DNA from: Enoplolaimus lenunculus
Taxonomy: Eukaryota
Reading direction: 5' to 3'
Assembly (NCBI GenBank): GCA_030248215.1
Contig: JASANG010003696.1
Location: forward strand, 372,001 to 436,000
Length of the DNA: 64,000 bases
Position 1 is the stretch's first letter; each line of letters starts with the position of its first letter. The position numbers and the translations under genes were made by a program. The notes beneath the pieces are model-generated. The model was not told the origin of the DNA. It saw only the letters and a list, made by a program, of their open reading frames with translations, and ran no database searches. Positions 1 through 11,329 of the stretch are shown piece by piece.

Positions 1-228
1 GTTTGTGTTGCTCCCTCGTAAATGGGGGTATGCGGGATGACTCCTCCGGTCCTTCAGTGATACCGAAGGATTGGGATGTCTTTGTAGAGTAAAGACAATT
101 TTAAAATAATATTCCTAGACTAAACAAACATTTTAAACATTGACAAGTGAACGTAAGCAACAGTTAGAAAGTTAAAAAATTAAAAAAACGCGAGTCTTTG
201 AGAAATAGTTTTTCGTGTTTACTACTTT

Positions 229-427
229 GACCCATGTAAAGATCAGGGGCGAAACGTTTTTCGGTGGGACTGCAATAGAGTAACGTTAAGGTTTATACAG
301 ATTTTTTGCTTGGCTTATAGGCTTAGACTTAGAAATATGCTCATTCTTTTACGCTTAGGTTTAGGTTTAGGCTTAGGCTTAGGAATACGTTTATAATACT
401 GTTCCGTCCCTGTTCTTTACATTGGCC
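229..427 (+). mobile_element. TTAGGC-containing MITE (GGCC-TIR family A)
   Basis: Termini GACCCATGTAAAGA...TCTTTACATTGGCC, perfect 8-bp TSD ACTACTTT (221-228 and 428-435), internal TTAGGC/TTAGGT hexamers. Confidence 0.85.
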
Positions 428-826
428 ACTACTTTTGAGATATTTTAACTCTCTGGATAGAAAATATGGCTAGTTTACAATTCAAATTCAAAAAAGTTTT
501 GCCCCGTCGGCGCAATCGATCAATCTTAAAATATAAAACAAAAAATACTTATATTTAAGTTTAACGCGAGTTTAAGTTTAACGTATTTTTGGTTTAAGTA
601 ACAAATGCAGCCCAGAAATTATTTGTATCGAAGTGTTCAGTAAGTTTATATTAAATTAAAAATATCTAAGATTTTAAATGGGTTTAAGCGTAATCCTGCG
701 TGTTATAGTTTAGTCTTGAAAATAGTTTATTACTGCATTATTAGCTTAGGCTTAAATCAAGTTAGTTCAAGTCATAGACACTGCAATAACACAACCGAAA
801 TATCAAATTGCTTGTCTATATTTTAG

Positions 827-1074
827 CTCCCGGAGCAATTCTGATCATCGGACACGGAACCAGCCTGGATGCGTCCCGAAAAGTCCTTGGTAAACAAATC
901 GATCCGTTGTCTCGGGCCGAAATGGATCGCATGGGCCTTCACTATCCATACTGCGCCGTCGTTGCGATGGAAGAGCTACAGAACAAAGCATGGCGAGTCA
1001 TTCACAATCCAATCCCGTCGATTACTTATCTCGATTTTTCGAATCGTTTGAATTTTACATTTTTTAACCGATGA
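827..1074 (+). CDS. Terminal exon of a UBASH3/Sts-like (ecdysteroid-phosphate phosphatase-like) histidine phosphatase; upstream exons lie outside the window
   Basis: TTTTAG acceptor at 821-826, then an open frame PGAILIIGHGTSLDASRKVLG...HYPYCAVVAMEE...WRVIHNPIPSITY ending at TGA. It resembles the C-terminus of the UBASH3/Sts phosphatase domain (ILIVAH second catalytic His, PY, W..PP motifs). Confidence 0.75.
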
Positions 1075-1832
1075 AATTGGCAATTTTTTTCACGATCCCG
1101 TATTCTCAACTGTGCGTAGCATATATCATCAGTTAGTAACAGGTTTTCAAACAAGTGAACTGTGCTAATTGCAAATTTGAAATTTTGTACCGCAAGTAGG
1201 GTTAAATATATACGTACAAAATGTGGCAAATTTTAAAGTATATTAACTTGACATCAACTTGTGATCGTTGCTACACACATTTAAAAAAATATGGGACAAG
1301 ATTTGAGTTGAGTTTAAAGATATTGATCGAATTAAAAGTATATATTTGAAATGGCAACTTTTGGACCAAATTTCGGTGATTTGGTTAAAATGCCATGGTT
1401 TTTCAAAGTTTGTTTAAACGCCGCAAGCTGAGAGTCATAAGCTAAATGTACATATTTTTAAGGTAAAAGCTAAAAAATTTTGTATTTAAAATAACTTTTA
1501 CGTAATTATTCTATCAAAATTGAAAAAATAACTGTTTTGCGTAAATAAGTTGTCTGAAAATGTTGGTATTGTTTCGTAACTCAAATAATGTCAGAACATT
1601 TTTGCAGACAGGTTGGAGGCCGTCCTTTTTACAGGTGCTTTGTTTTTCGAGTACCTTTATTTCAGAATTGTTGGAACCTTTAATACAAGGCATCAGGATT
1701 GTAGCCAGGGCGCCTTGATAGAGAGTTAAACATTTCTTGAAAGGGTATACAAGTGTTTTCGATGACGTACAATTCATACATTTATTACTGTAGTTGAAAC
1801 GAAAAAATCCGAATCGTATACCCATACCGTAA

Positions 1833-2153
1833 TACAACTGGAGGTCTGCCTGGCTCCGGCAAAATGTTTGCCGGAGGTTCCGGCAATTTCAGTAGTAAAA
1901 TTGTACATAATTTTTTCAAAATTTATCTGTTTAGCGCGTTTTGTTTTATTTTTGTCACTATTTCCAGGATAGAATTTTTATGAATATTAGCGTAAAACAA
2001 AAAACTTAACACCATATTGCACATATTGGCTAAAATTAACTGATTAACCATTATTTTTACCACCTAAATTTCGCCTCACCTCCGGCTCCGGTTCTGACAA
2101 GTTTCGTTGACCTCCGGCTCCGTCTCCGGTAGTTTTCACCTCCGGTTGCACCA
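1833..2153. mobile_element. Interspersed repeat with CTCCGG subterminal motifs (hAT-like MITE); inverted copy at ~57040-57353
   Basis: Shares the blocks ACCATATTGCACATATTGGCTAAAATTAACTGATTAACCAT and GCCTGGCTCCGGC with the reverse complement of 57050-57353. Termini resemble CAGGGTGCAACCGG. Confidence 0.6.
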
Positions 2154-2437
2154 TGACGCATACATCTGTATGTTACTTATACGCCTAAATCTGAGCCTAA
2201 GCATTTTTTAGTCTTAAAAAATCCCACAAGTCTCTCTGAGAGAACGAAGGAATGTCGTTTATATACAATTAAACACGGGTCAAAATTAATTTCTGTGCCA
2301 GGAAATGGATGCGAATAGCGGAAAAAGAAGGTTTATTACGAAATTTTTCAATATGAGAATAACGCGAGAAACCCAATATTTTAGGCGTTTTTTTCTGTTA
2401 CAAGCAGAACCAATCCAAAATTCAAGGAACACTATTT

Positions 2438-2626
2438 GCGAGCTTAAGAATTGTGCTGTTCTTTACTGTACTGCGCAGCGCCGCTCGCCGCCGTGCAAAA
2501 AAATGTGTCGCACAGCGACGTGCGGCACCGCGTGTTTACAAAAACGCATTTGTTTACATGATGCGTGCAGCCGAACGTCGTTGTGCGACGCAACGCGGCG
2601 AGCGTAGCACAATCCTTCAGACTCCA
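2438..2626. mobile_element. Inverted-repeat (foldback) MITE overlapping the GPCR stop codon
   Basis: Left arm GAGCTTAAGAATTGTGCT..CGCTCGCCGC..GTCGCACAGCGACGTGCGGC matches the reverse complement of the right arm GAGTCTGAAGGATTGTGCT..CGCTCGCCGC..GTCGCACAACGACGTTCGGC. Confidence 0.7.
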
Positions 2627-4416
2627 CTTTCAACACGTTTCAATCGTTTCTTGCCAAGGGCATCAATATTTTCTTTCAAGTGATTGCTCTCCAAAATGTC
2701 ATTAGATTTTGATTTGTTAACTTGATGCGCGTTCGTGCTGTGTTGTTCAATAATATCTGCTCGGCGGCTCTTCATTGGCTGAATTCGTTCTGGAGAACGT
2801 TTCGACTCCATCAAATCTGTGTCGTATCGTTCAAATCGTACAGTAATCCCAGGTTGACGATGAATGAACGATGATTTTTGTCGAGTTACCACAGTCCGTG
2901 TCGCTGTAGACGACGGTCTGGTGACGTTTGAACTTTTTGAACCGCAACACCAAGCAATGTTTCCGTTACGTTTTACACGATCCGCTCTGCAACTAAACAG
3001 CAAATATACAGTGGGATTTGTTGCGCAATTTAAAAATACACATATATCACCAGCGAGCGCTAACAGTTTCAGCGTTGACGCGTCTAAGAAGTCACATGGT
3101 CTTCCAGATCCGTGATTATTCGCTCCGCTGCCGAGTTTCCAAGCTGGACTACTTGATTTATGGTTTGAGGTTTTGCAGTTGGCTTCGTTCACGCCAGGCA
3201 CACATTCAGATGTGTTCAGCGCCGCGGTTGACGGGTTATGAGCGCGTGGGATGCTTTCGACATCGGGCCGTGATTCGTACGCAGCGCATAAATCAATTGC
3301 TATCTCTAACGCGTCAACAATAACGGGAAATGCATGCGCGATAATATATTTCGCCAGAATAACGAGCAACATTGCGTTCACCGAGCCTTCCGAACTAATT
3401 CGAGTACTCGGTTGTCTACTTTGATTATTGATGACGTCATCCACTGTGCTGACATCATTCTGATGACGTGTCGCGTTTTGATTCGCTATTGCTCCAGCTA
3501 TCGCGACATAGCTACCGTTTTGGCTTAACGCAGAAGCATTATTCAGCGTAAGTTTGAACGGTTTATGCGATGCGGTTTGATGAATTTTACGAATCATACA
3601 CATTGTTAACACGATTAGAATGATCATAGGAACGATTGTCATCAGTAGTAGGTCAGTAAGTAGCATATAGCCAAACAAATAAATTTTCTTTTCGTTAATA
3701 TCTGAATTCAGCAAAATTGTAATCGATGGACGACTGCCAAGGGGATCTTCGCAAATTTCGACCTTGAGCTCAAGATAGCACACTGAACCGTGAGCTAGGG
3801 CAACCAGCGCGGCAAGGGCCAGGCTTAGACGTCGCCGCGCGGCGCCCCATACCCGCCTATGCCACATAACATGACAAATTGCACAATAGCGCTCAATTGT
3901 TATTAACAGCGTTGTTAGCGTGCAACCAACTAACGTAACGTGTGACGCAACATACAAATACGGTGTGACCCTTGGCAACTTTCCGGTAAGCTTTGTTCGA
4001 CCCCTGTAAAGTAGAGGGGCTAACGAAAACACACTCCAGCCACACAGTAGGACTGCACAATCCCATGCGGTCAGAACGCCTACATACTGAGCGAGGCACG
4101 TACTCCGAGAACTCGTGCGTAATTTCATTCGTCGACTACGACCCCAAATGATTCCAATTGAAATTAAGTTTGCAAGTAAACCAAGCCAAACGATAACGCT
4201 ATTCGCTATGCCAGCGATCCAAAAATTAATTTCTTCAGGTTGAGTTTGAGACTCGACCGCGAGTAACGGAGATGAGGTTGTGTTTTCAGGGACGAACAAT
4301 TTTTGTTGCTGAATGTAGGGTTCGATTTCGAAATGATAATAGCATAGCATGCTGCTGTGGCCTAACAACGGGGGCATTTCGTATGTCATTCCGTTGATTG
4401 CGTCGCTGTTTGTCAT
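2617..4416 (-). CDS. Rhodopsin-family (class A) neuropeptide GPCR, FMRFamide-receptor-like; CDS has no introns
   Basis: Long ORF with seven hydrophobic segments, GLLAN (TM1), WD (TM2), IERYCAICH (DRY-like motif) and NCATNPTVY (NPxxY). First ATG is at 4416 (the ORF track starts at TTG 4425). An in-frame TAA lies just upstream and a TTTCAG acceptor at ~4479-4484. Confidence 0.88.
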   Translation of the reverse strand: MTNSDAINGMTYEMPPLLGHSSMLCYYHFEIEPYIQQQKLFVPENTTSSPLLAVESQTQPEEINFWIAGIANSVIVWLGLLANLISIGIIWGRSRRMKLRTSSRSTCLAQYVGVLTAWDCAVLLCGWSVFSLAPLLYRGRTKLTGKLPRVTPYLYVASHVTLVGCTLTTLLITIERYCAICHVMWHRRVWGAARRRLSLALAALVALAHGSVCYLELKVEICEDPLGSRPSITILLNSDINEKKIYLFGYMLLTDLLLMTIVPMIILIVLTMCMIRKIHQTASHKPFKLTLNNASALSQNGSYVAIAGAIANQNATRHQNDVSTVDDVINNQSRQPSTRISSEGSVNAMLLVILAKYIIAHAFPVIVDALEIAIDLCAAYESRPDVESIPRAHNPSTAALNTSECVPGVNEANCKTSNHKSSSPAWKLGSGANNHGSGRPCDFLDASTLKLLALAGDICVFLNCATNPTVYLLFSCRADRVKRNGNIAWCCGSKSSNVTRPSSTATRTVVTRQKSSFIHRQPGITVRFERYDTDLMESKRSPERIQPMKSRRADIIEQHSTNAHQVNKSKSNDILESNHLKENIDALGKKRLKRVESGV

Positions 4417-4764
4417 TATTGGCAAATAAACGGTTTAGTTGGTAATTTTAAAAATAGGATTTATCTGGTTTATAAGCACTGAAATTTGATAATTATAGCG
4501 ATATAAAAACAAATCTGTAATTGGAAATGTTTCGATTAAACCCTTTCTCGCATGAATATTTTCTTATTTCATACTTAAAAGCAAGGATTTGGACGCCAGA
4601 ACAAGATTAACGTTTACCAACATAATTCAGCTATAAGAGCTAATTTATTTGGTTTATATAAATTTTGGTCACAGTATTTAAGGTGGGGCTATACTGTCGC
4701 GTACTGGTGTGTTCGGCACTGTAAACATTACGTGTATGCTTTTTCTGCACTGTCGTGGCCCAAA

Positions 4765-5122
4765 TAAAAAGGGGGCCTGATATTTATTTTGACTATCCAG
4801 AGGGTACCCTCCCGCTCTTATTCGGTTACGGACTGTTATTTATTTTTAACCCGACCGTTGTTACTGGAGCGATAATGCAAGATTATACTTAAGAATGTAA
4901 TTTCAAAATTAAGTATGCTTTAAAGTCTCCAACTCAACTGTATTTCGTGCTGGAGTGATTATGCAAAACAATTTGGGATAATTGACATCTATGGACTTTA
5001 ATCATGGTTTAGGGACTCTATGCGCTCACGCATTCTTATTAGGGATACAGACTCCTATTGATTGGGACTCAAAATGGGGACCCCCCATTAATTTCCCCAT
5101 TCTTATTCGGGTCAGTACAGTA
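4765..5122. mobile_element. MITE family with CTGTAGTGACCCGAATAAGAG-like TIRs and TA flanks; other copies ~15370-15915, 19895-20330, 23190-23290, 23822-24050, 24440-24826
   Basis: Recurrent blocks CCCCATTTTGAGTCCCAATCAATAGGAG, CCCTAATAAGAGTCCGTAAGCG, AAATGTCAATTATCCCTAATTGT and CTCTTATTCGGGTCA. Copy 23822-24050 shows TA|CTGCAGTGACCCG...CCGGTCACTACAG|TA. Confidence 0.7.
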
Positions 5123-5199
5123 TGTGCATATGCTATATGATGCATTGCATTGTTGCTAGTTAGACGGAAGCATATTCGACTTTAATAGCAGTTCAGAAT

Positions 5200-5350
5200 G
5201 GGCTGCATGGTGCAGTGGTAGAGCGTTCGTTTAAGAATCCGCAGGCTTGAAGCTCGACCCCCGCTCTGTACGCCTGATTTTCCAGCCGTTTAGCCAAAAA
5301 GGTCTGAAGTCTCGGTTCCTTCCTAGACTGCTAGGAACCGTATGGGTCAA
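5200..5350 (+). mobile_element. tRNA-derived SINE-like element (degenerate Pol III A/B boxes)
   Basis: A box TGGTGCAGTGGTAGAGCG and degenerate B box GCTCGACCC at tRNA spacing, followed by a non-tRNA body. The cloverleaf is not intact. Confidence 0.55.
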
Positions 5351-5525
5351 TCCGCGTAAAATACCGCACTAAAATTATCAATAAGTATATTGTCACTAAG
5401 ATAGTTACGTGAATACGCTGCTACTGCTGTATAACAAGTATAGATATAGGACCCAAAACAAAGAAAAATACACCGCCAGGCAACATGAACCGCTAGTTGC
5501 ATTATGTCACATAGCAAACCTGCAA

Positions 5526-6609
5526 CTTGCTCCAGAATAAAACTCCTCAAACCGGACCTTGTTCCAGAATAAAACTTCTCAAACCGGACCTTGTTCCAGA
5601 ATAAAACTCGTCAAACCGGACCTTGTTCCAGAATAAAACTCCTCAAACCGGACCTTGTTCTAGAATAAAACTCCTCAAACCGGACCTTGCTCCAGAGTAA
5701 AACTCCTCAAACCGGACCTTGTTCCAGAATAAAACTCCTCAAACCGGACCTTGTTCCAGAATAAAACTCGTCAAACCGGACCTTGTTCCAGAATATAACT
5801 CCTCAAACCGGACCTTGTTCCAGAATAAAACTCCTCAAACCGGACCTTGTTCCAGAATAAAACTCCTCAAACCGGACCTTGTTCCAGAATAAAACTCCTC
5901 AAACCGGACCTTGTTCCAGAATAAAACTCCTCAAACCGGACCTTGTTCCAGAATAAAACTCCTCAAACCGGACCTTGTTCCAGAATAAAGCTCCTCAAAC
6001 CGGACCTTGTTCCAGAATAAAACTCCTCAAACCGGACCTTGTTCCAGAATAAAACTCCTCAAACCGGACATTGTTCCAGAATAAAACTCCTCAAACCGGA
6101 CCTTGTTCCAGAATAAAACTCGTCAAACCGGACCTTGTTCTAGAATAAAACTCCTCAAACCGGACCTTGTTCCAGAATAAAACTCCTCAAACCGGACCTT
6201 GTTCCAGAATAAAACTCCTCAAACCGGACATTGTTCCAGAATAAAACTCCTCAAACCGGACCTTGTTCCAGAATAAAACTCCTCAAACCGGACCTTGTTC
6301 TAGAATAAAACTCCTCAAACCGGACCTTGTTCCAGAATAAAACTCCTCAAACCGGACCTTGTTCCAGAATAAAACTCCTCAAACCGGACCTTGTTCTAGA
6401 ATAAAACTCCTCAAACCGGACCTTGTTCCAGAATAAAACTCCTCAAACCGGACCTTGTTCCAGAATAAAACTCCTCAAACCGGACCTTGTTCTAGAACAA
6501 AACTCCTCAAACCGGACCTTGTTCCAGAATAAAACTCCTCAAACCGGACCTTGTTCCAGAATAAAACACATCAAACCGGACCTTGATCCTGAATAAAACA
6601 CATCAAACA
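5526..6609. repeat. Minisatellite, 32-bp unit CCGGACCTTGTTCCAGAATAAAACTCCTCAAA, ~34 copies
   Basis: Directly visible head-to-tail repeats with few substitutions and no spacers. Confidence 0.97.
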
Positions 6610-6940
6610 GGAACCATACTGGGTTTAACCATTGAACATTTTTTCAAATTAGAGAATTGTTTTTAGAAAATTAAAACTCATTATTGCAGTCACGTCTCCA
6701 GTTCATTACTTTAACGCACGGTATATTGTAAATTAGCAAAGAAAAATGCAAAAGCTTCTCAAGTATATACGTACGCATAGTACACGAAAAGTTTTTGCAT
6801 TTTTCTTGCTAATTTACAATATACCTGTAGCGTTAATGTCACAAATTGGAGACGTGACTGCAATAACGAGTTTTAATTTTCGAAACAACAATTCTCAAAT
6901 TTTAGAAAAAATATTCAAACGTTAAACCCAGTGGGATTCC
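6610..6940. mobile_element. ~330-bp palindromic foldback element
   Basis: Arms of ~155 bp are reverse complements (ACTGGGTTTAAC/GTTAAACCCAGT, TGCAGTCACGTCTCCA/TGGAGACGTGACTGCA, GGTATATTGTAAATTAGCAA/TTGCTAATTTACAATATACC). Centre is at ~6772. Confidence 0.8.
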
Positions 6941-7446
6941 GACTGCGATCGCCATTAGAGAGCATATAGCAAATTGAATACGGGATATATCTTTTGAACT
7001 TTGTAGACGGACAAAAAACCACACTTTTACAGGCTGTAGAATAATTTATTCAATTCTAAAGATCAAGAATCATATCTCGATAATTACCACGCTTAGATGT
7101 AGAAAATTGAAATTGTTTAGTATGAGATTTTATACCCTAACTACGCTTCTGATAAACGCCACATGGTCTCATCACAGTTGCTCACGCAACAAATACAAGT
7201 AGCTCAACTAGTGAAAAACACACAAAACACTCAGTACATGGTTGTTTTCACTTCCTTGAACGGAACATTCGTTGTTCGCGTCATTGACAGTTTTAGCTTT
7301 GCCACTACCGGATCAACTGGGGGTATACAGACCATACCCAGCGTCGTATCAGAGATCGAAACCAAAATTTTTAGATTTACAATGTTAAAATTGCATTTTG
7401 AGGTTTCCTGCTCTTATCATCTGCGATGTGTTTCTATACATGCCGC

Positions 7447-7610
7447 GGCCAAGATTAATAAGCGTATAAGCCTAAGCCTAAGTCTAAGCGTTGCAAAAAT
7501 GAGTTCCTAAGCCTGAGTGTAAGCCTAAGCAAAAAAATGTAGTGTAGAATCTAAACCTACTCTTTTATAGGCCCACCAGAAATTTGGACGCCTCTTAAAG
7601 TAACATGGCC
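7447..7610 (-). mobile_element. TTAGGC-containing MITE (GGCC-TIR family B)
   Basis: GGCC termini, flanks CATGCCGC/GATGCCGC (7/8), GCCTAA hexamers. The interior is homologous to 22200-22361. Confidence 0.75.
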
Positions 7611-8019
7611 GATGCCGCGAGCCCCCGTCAGAAATGTTTGAAATATACAACTGAGCTTTTAGGTCTAAATGTTCACAAGTTTCTAAATTAATAAATATAT
7701 TGAAGTTTAAACGATAGTAAATAGCCGTAAAACGTAAAGTATGCGGGTGTCCGCAGCCTGACGGTCGAAAATCACTTAATTCCTCCCTGGAGTCAACGAT
7801 TAGCAGCCCCTCTTTTTCTATGATAGAAGTTGTTCGTTGATAAATTTAGTACTGCTAAGCGCACTGGGTTCTAAATCGGAACTCCGGGGTCAAACGATAT
7901 TAAAGTGTGATAATGAAAGTAGTCTATGAAAAACTTTATTTTCTAACGTAGAAAAGATAGGACTTTAGAAGCAAATAAGGCGTTTATATATTTCGATGAA
8001 TATCCATGTTTGAAATCTT

Positions 8020-8404
8020 GGTTCATGTATATCAAGGGCGTGGCGTTCTTTCGCTGGACTGCTATGGAGTACAATTAAGCTTCAGAGTAGTTTTTAGCCT
8101 TAGGATTAGACTTAGAATTAGGCTAATGCTTAGGCTTAAGATTGCGCTTATATTATTGGTCCGGCGCTTGTCTATACATTGGACAAAACGTATTTTTAGT
8201 TTACGCTTAGGATTAGACTTAGAACTAAGCTGATCCTTACGCATATGAATGTACTTATACTACTGGTCTGGTAAGGCCTTAGCATATACATTGGCCGAAA
8301 CGTATTTTTTTGTTTAAGCAAAAAATTACACTTAGAACTAGGCTGATGCTTAGGCTTAGGAATGGGCTTATACTACTGGTCCGGTACTAGTCTATACATT
8401 GGTC
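8020..8404 (+). mobile_element. TTAGGC-containing MITE (family A) with triplicated right end
   Basis: Left end GGTTCATGTAT. The right-terminal motif TATACATTGG(A/C/T)C occurs three times (~8183, ~8296, ~8404). Flanks GAAATCTT/GAAATATG. Confidence 0.7.
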
Positions 8405-8835
8405 GAAATATGGTAATGAAACTGTTTGTGTTTTGAAAATTTAAATCATGAATAGGAAACTCGGGTAAACTCGACAATCTATGGGTCGATGTTTACCTCA
8501 CCCTATATGCAACTGCTAAAACGGCTAATCCAGACAGTGGCTTAGGTATTCCTGGCAACTCTGAGTAAACCCGACAGCGCAATAGAGATCATACAGCACG
8601 GTTTATGAAGAAAACCTTTTGCCAATTTACTTTAATTCTTTGTTGCTATTCCAAGCGGACGATATGCTATAAGTCCAAATAGCGCAAAAATGTAGCGCAG
8701 ATACAAGACGAGATCTTAGCATTTTTCGCCTTAGCGGATAAAATTATCCAATATCGAAATCTTTGTTGAATACTCATTGAAATATGTAAATATTTTTGAA
8801 ACACAAAAAGTATCTTTGGCCATCATAAAAACCTG

Positions 8836-9107
8836 GGTAAGCGTATCGAACAGGGGCGCAACAGTAGCACAAGCATATTTCTAAGCCTAAGTCTAAGCCT
8901 AAACCTAAGCGCTAGAATGAGCTTATACCTATGCATAAGCCTAAACCCAAACCTAAACGTAAGAATGAGCTTCTACTTAAGCCTAAGCGCCAAAATGATC
9001 TTATACCTAAGCTTAAACCTAAACCTAAGCCAAAAAATCGTCTAAAGCTCAATCTGTTTATTCAAGTTCTACAGAAAAACGTTCCGCCTCTGATCTTTAC
9101 ACGGGTC
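8836..9107 (-). mobile_element. TTAGGC-containing MITE (family A)
   Basis: Perfect 8-bp TSD AAAACCTG (8828-8835 and 9108-9115), GCCTAA/ACCTAA arrays, end CTGATCTTTACACGGGTC. Confidence 0.85.
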
Positions 9108-11023
9108 AAAACCTGCATAAGTCACTGGTAAAAACATTGTGTGGAACACGCGTTGTGCCGTATAAAACGGTGCAGACGCTGAAAACCTCGGTACACAAAT
9201 ACCATGCGAGTGTTTAGCTTAAATTAAAAATATTTTCTTTCTCAAAATGAAGAGTAATAAAAACTCCATGACGAATATTTATACCCAGTTACGTACTAGA
9301 ACAAAATCAATATAAAAATGTGATTGTATCCAACTAAGAGAACTGGCAAAAAAACTAAAATTAGACAATTGAATTAGCTTTTCAAATGTAATGCGACAAG
9401 CTTTGAATTTTGGTTCTGTTCAAACTCAGTTCGGGTTAATGCGGGGTTCACGTTATAACCACTTGCAGCTTGGCATGCGTTTTGTCCCTATTAGCCTATT
9501 GGGTAATATTTTGTTTGCTAATAAACTCTATACCATATTCAAAAAGTCGTATTTGTCTGCTATCATCATGTGTAGGTCAAAGTGCAGAGACGATTTCAGT
9601 TCAGAAGGATTGTAGGAAAAGTTTTGACCTGCAGGATAAGGCTATTCAAATGACTGTTAAAAGCGCTTTTCGCGTCTATCGAATCTTTTGGTATGCGATA
9701 TATTGCTTCTATCCTTCTCATAGTATTAAACGATGATGTTCAAGACTGCATCATAAATATAGATTTCGGTTCGCTGTATAAGTAGACTGTTGTTGTTCAC
9801 TACCGCTGGTAGCCGAGGTCCTAAATCGAAATCTAAGTCGCTTTACGAGGATCGGTGGCCGACATTTGGTCACAAAATCAACGACTACTGTATCCGCATT
9901 CTAGAAGCAATTTCGATCCGTTGAACGGCGTAAGCGAACAATTTGCATAACAAAATTTTGTCCATAATAAAATCACCTGTGTTTTTAGCTACATCATCCC
10001 GATGACGTAACGTACAAAACGCGTTCACATTTCGACGTAAACTTGACTACATCGAAATAAATCACGGTCTTACTTAACGGGCCATAGCCAAATGGTGGCC
10101 AGAATGTTGGCTCAGTATAGCCTGGAAAAATTTTGCCTCCTCCTGGAAAAGTTTAATTCCCGCTTGTTACCTTGTTAGTACAACCAGCATCCCCTTTTAA
10201 AGCTGTTTTGACCCCCTTGTAGCATGTTGAGATAGCTACGGGCTTGATGTGACTGCCCGATAACATAAGATTTTTCCAGATAAAGTCAAAAAATTTATCA
10301 GGTTTGATCCGAAATAGGTTTCAAAATTTTATATACACACATATATATATATCATATATTAAATGTATACATTTATATGTATATATGTAACTATATATTA
10401 AAATAAGAATTTAAAACAATTCTTTTATTTTTGAATATATTGAACAGTAGAAATTTCAGCTGCAGTTAAAAGCAAAAGCACCAAAACTTCGTTTGTCGCA
10501 TCGGTCCCTTGAAATCCATTATAATCAGTAGTAATTTCCGGTCGGTTAGTCACGATATACGGGTATACGTATATAATTAATCTGAACTGTCAGAATGTTT
10601 TCGACTTAAATTTTTCAAATTTAAACTTAATAAACGCACGCAGATTAGTATTTTGAAAATGCCAAGTTTCACAAATTGAAAACGAATGTATAGTGCTTTA
10701 GCTTAAGCGAATAATATCAGTTGCAAACGGCGGATCAAAGGTTTGCTCGCAGGCATTGGTCCGCGAACACAGATCAAAACTATGTTCGTATATTGATACT
10801 TTTAGTATAAAATTGCGTTTGGTTTCTTGCTCGCTTCGCTCGCGGGGTTTTTGCGTTGTGTATCACATAGCATCCCCAGTGTCAAAAAATTCTGCATTCA
10901 CCACTGTCAGTGTAAGATTTCATTTCGAGGAACGCATAACTTCAAGATATGTTTTTTGTGAGTGCAAGCAGCCGATGAAACCGCAGAGTTTGTTTTTAGG
11001 AAAAAGCAAAATATGAATTCTTA

Positions 11024-11210
11024 CACTGCAAAAAATGGTGAGTCAAATTGATTCTCTCCGAAATAGGCTGTACCGGACTACACAAACTGAGTCAAATTCG
11101 ACTCCGCCAGAGTCTAACGTGCGACTCAGTGAGTTGAATTTGACTCCGTTTGTGTAGTCTTGTACAGCCTATTTCGGAGAGAGTCAATTTGACTCACCAT
11201 TTTTACAGTG
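11024..11210. mobile_element. Palindromic CACTG...CAGTG MITE (CMC/EnSpm-Mirage-like, 2-bp TSD); copies at 36976-37097 and 40273-40475
   Basis: TIR CACTGCAAAAAATGGTGAGTCAAATTGA(C/T)TCTCTCCGAAATAGGCTGTAC. Flanks are TA/TA here and at 36976, TG/TG at 40273. Confidence 0.85.
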
Positions 11211-11329
11211 TACGCCACGACAATAATTTTTTAAATTTTAATTTCGTTTAATTAAAGTCTTTAGGTGAAGTTAAAACGAGCCGACAAAAAATCCAAAAAA
11301 AACTGCGCTGAAATATTAGAAATAAGTTG

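Noticed and set aside
1..95. Ribozyme or structured RNA at the window start (CCTTC..GAAGG hairpin)
   Set aside because: Truncated by the window edge, and no hammerhead or HDV core motif could be assembled.
5526..6609. CRISPR array (32-bp repeats)
   Set aside because: The repeats are head-to-tail with no unique spacers, no cas genes are present and the context is eukaryotic.
8006..9131. ORFs with LRLRLR, KPKPKP or LGLGLG repeats (also 22661, 25652, 38430)
   Set aside because: Translations of TTAGGC hexamers inside MITEs.
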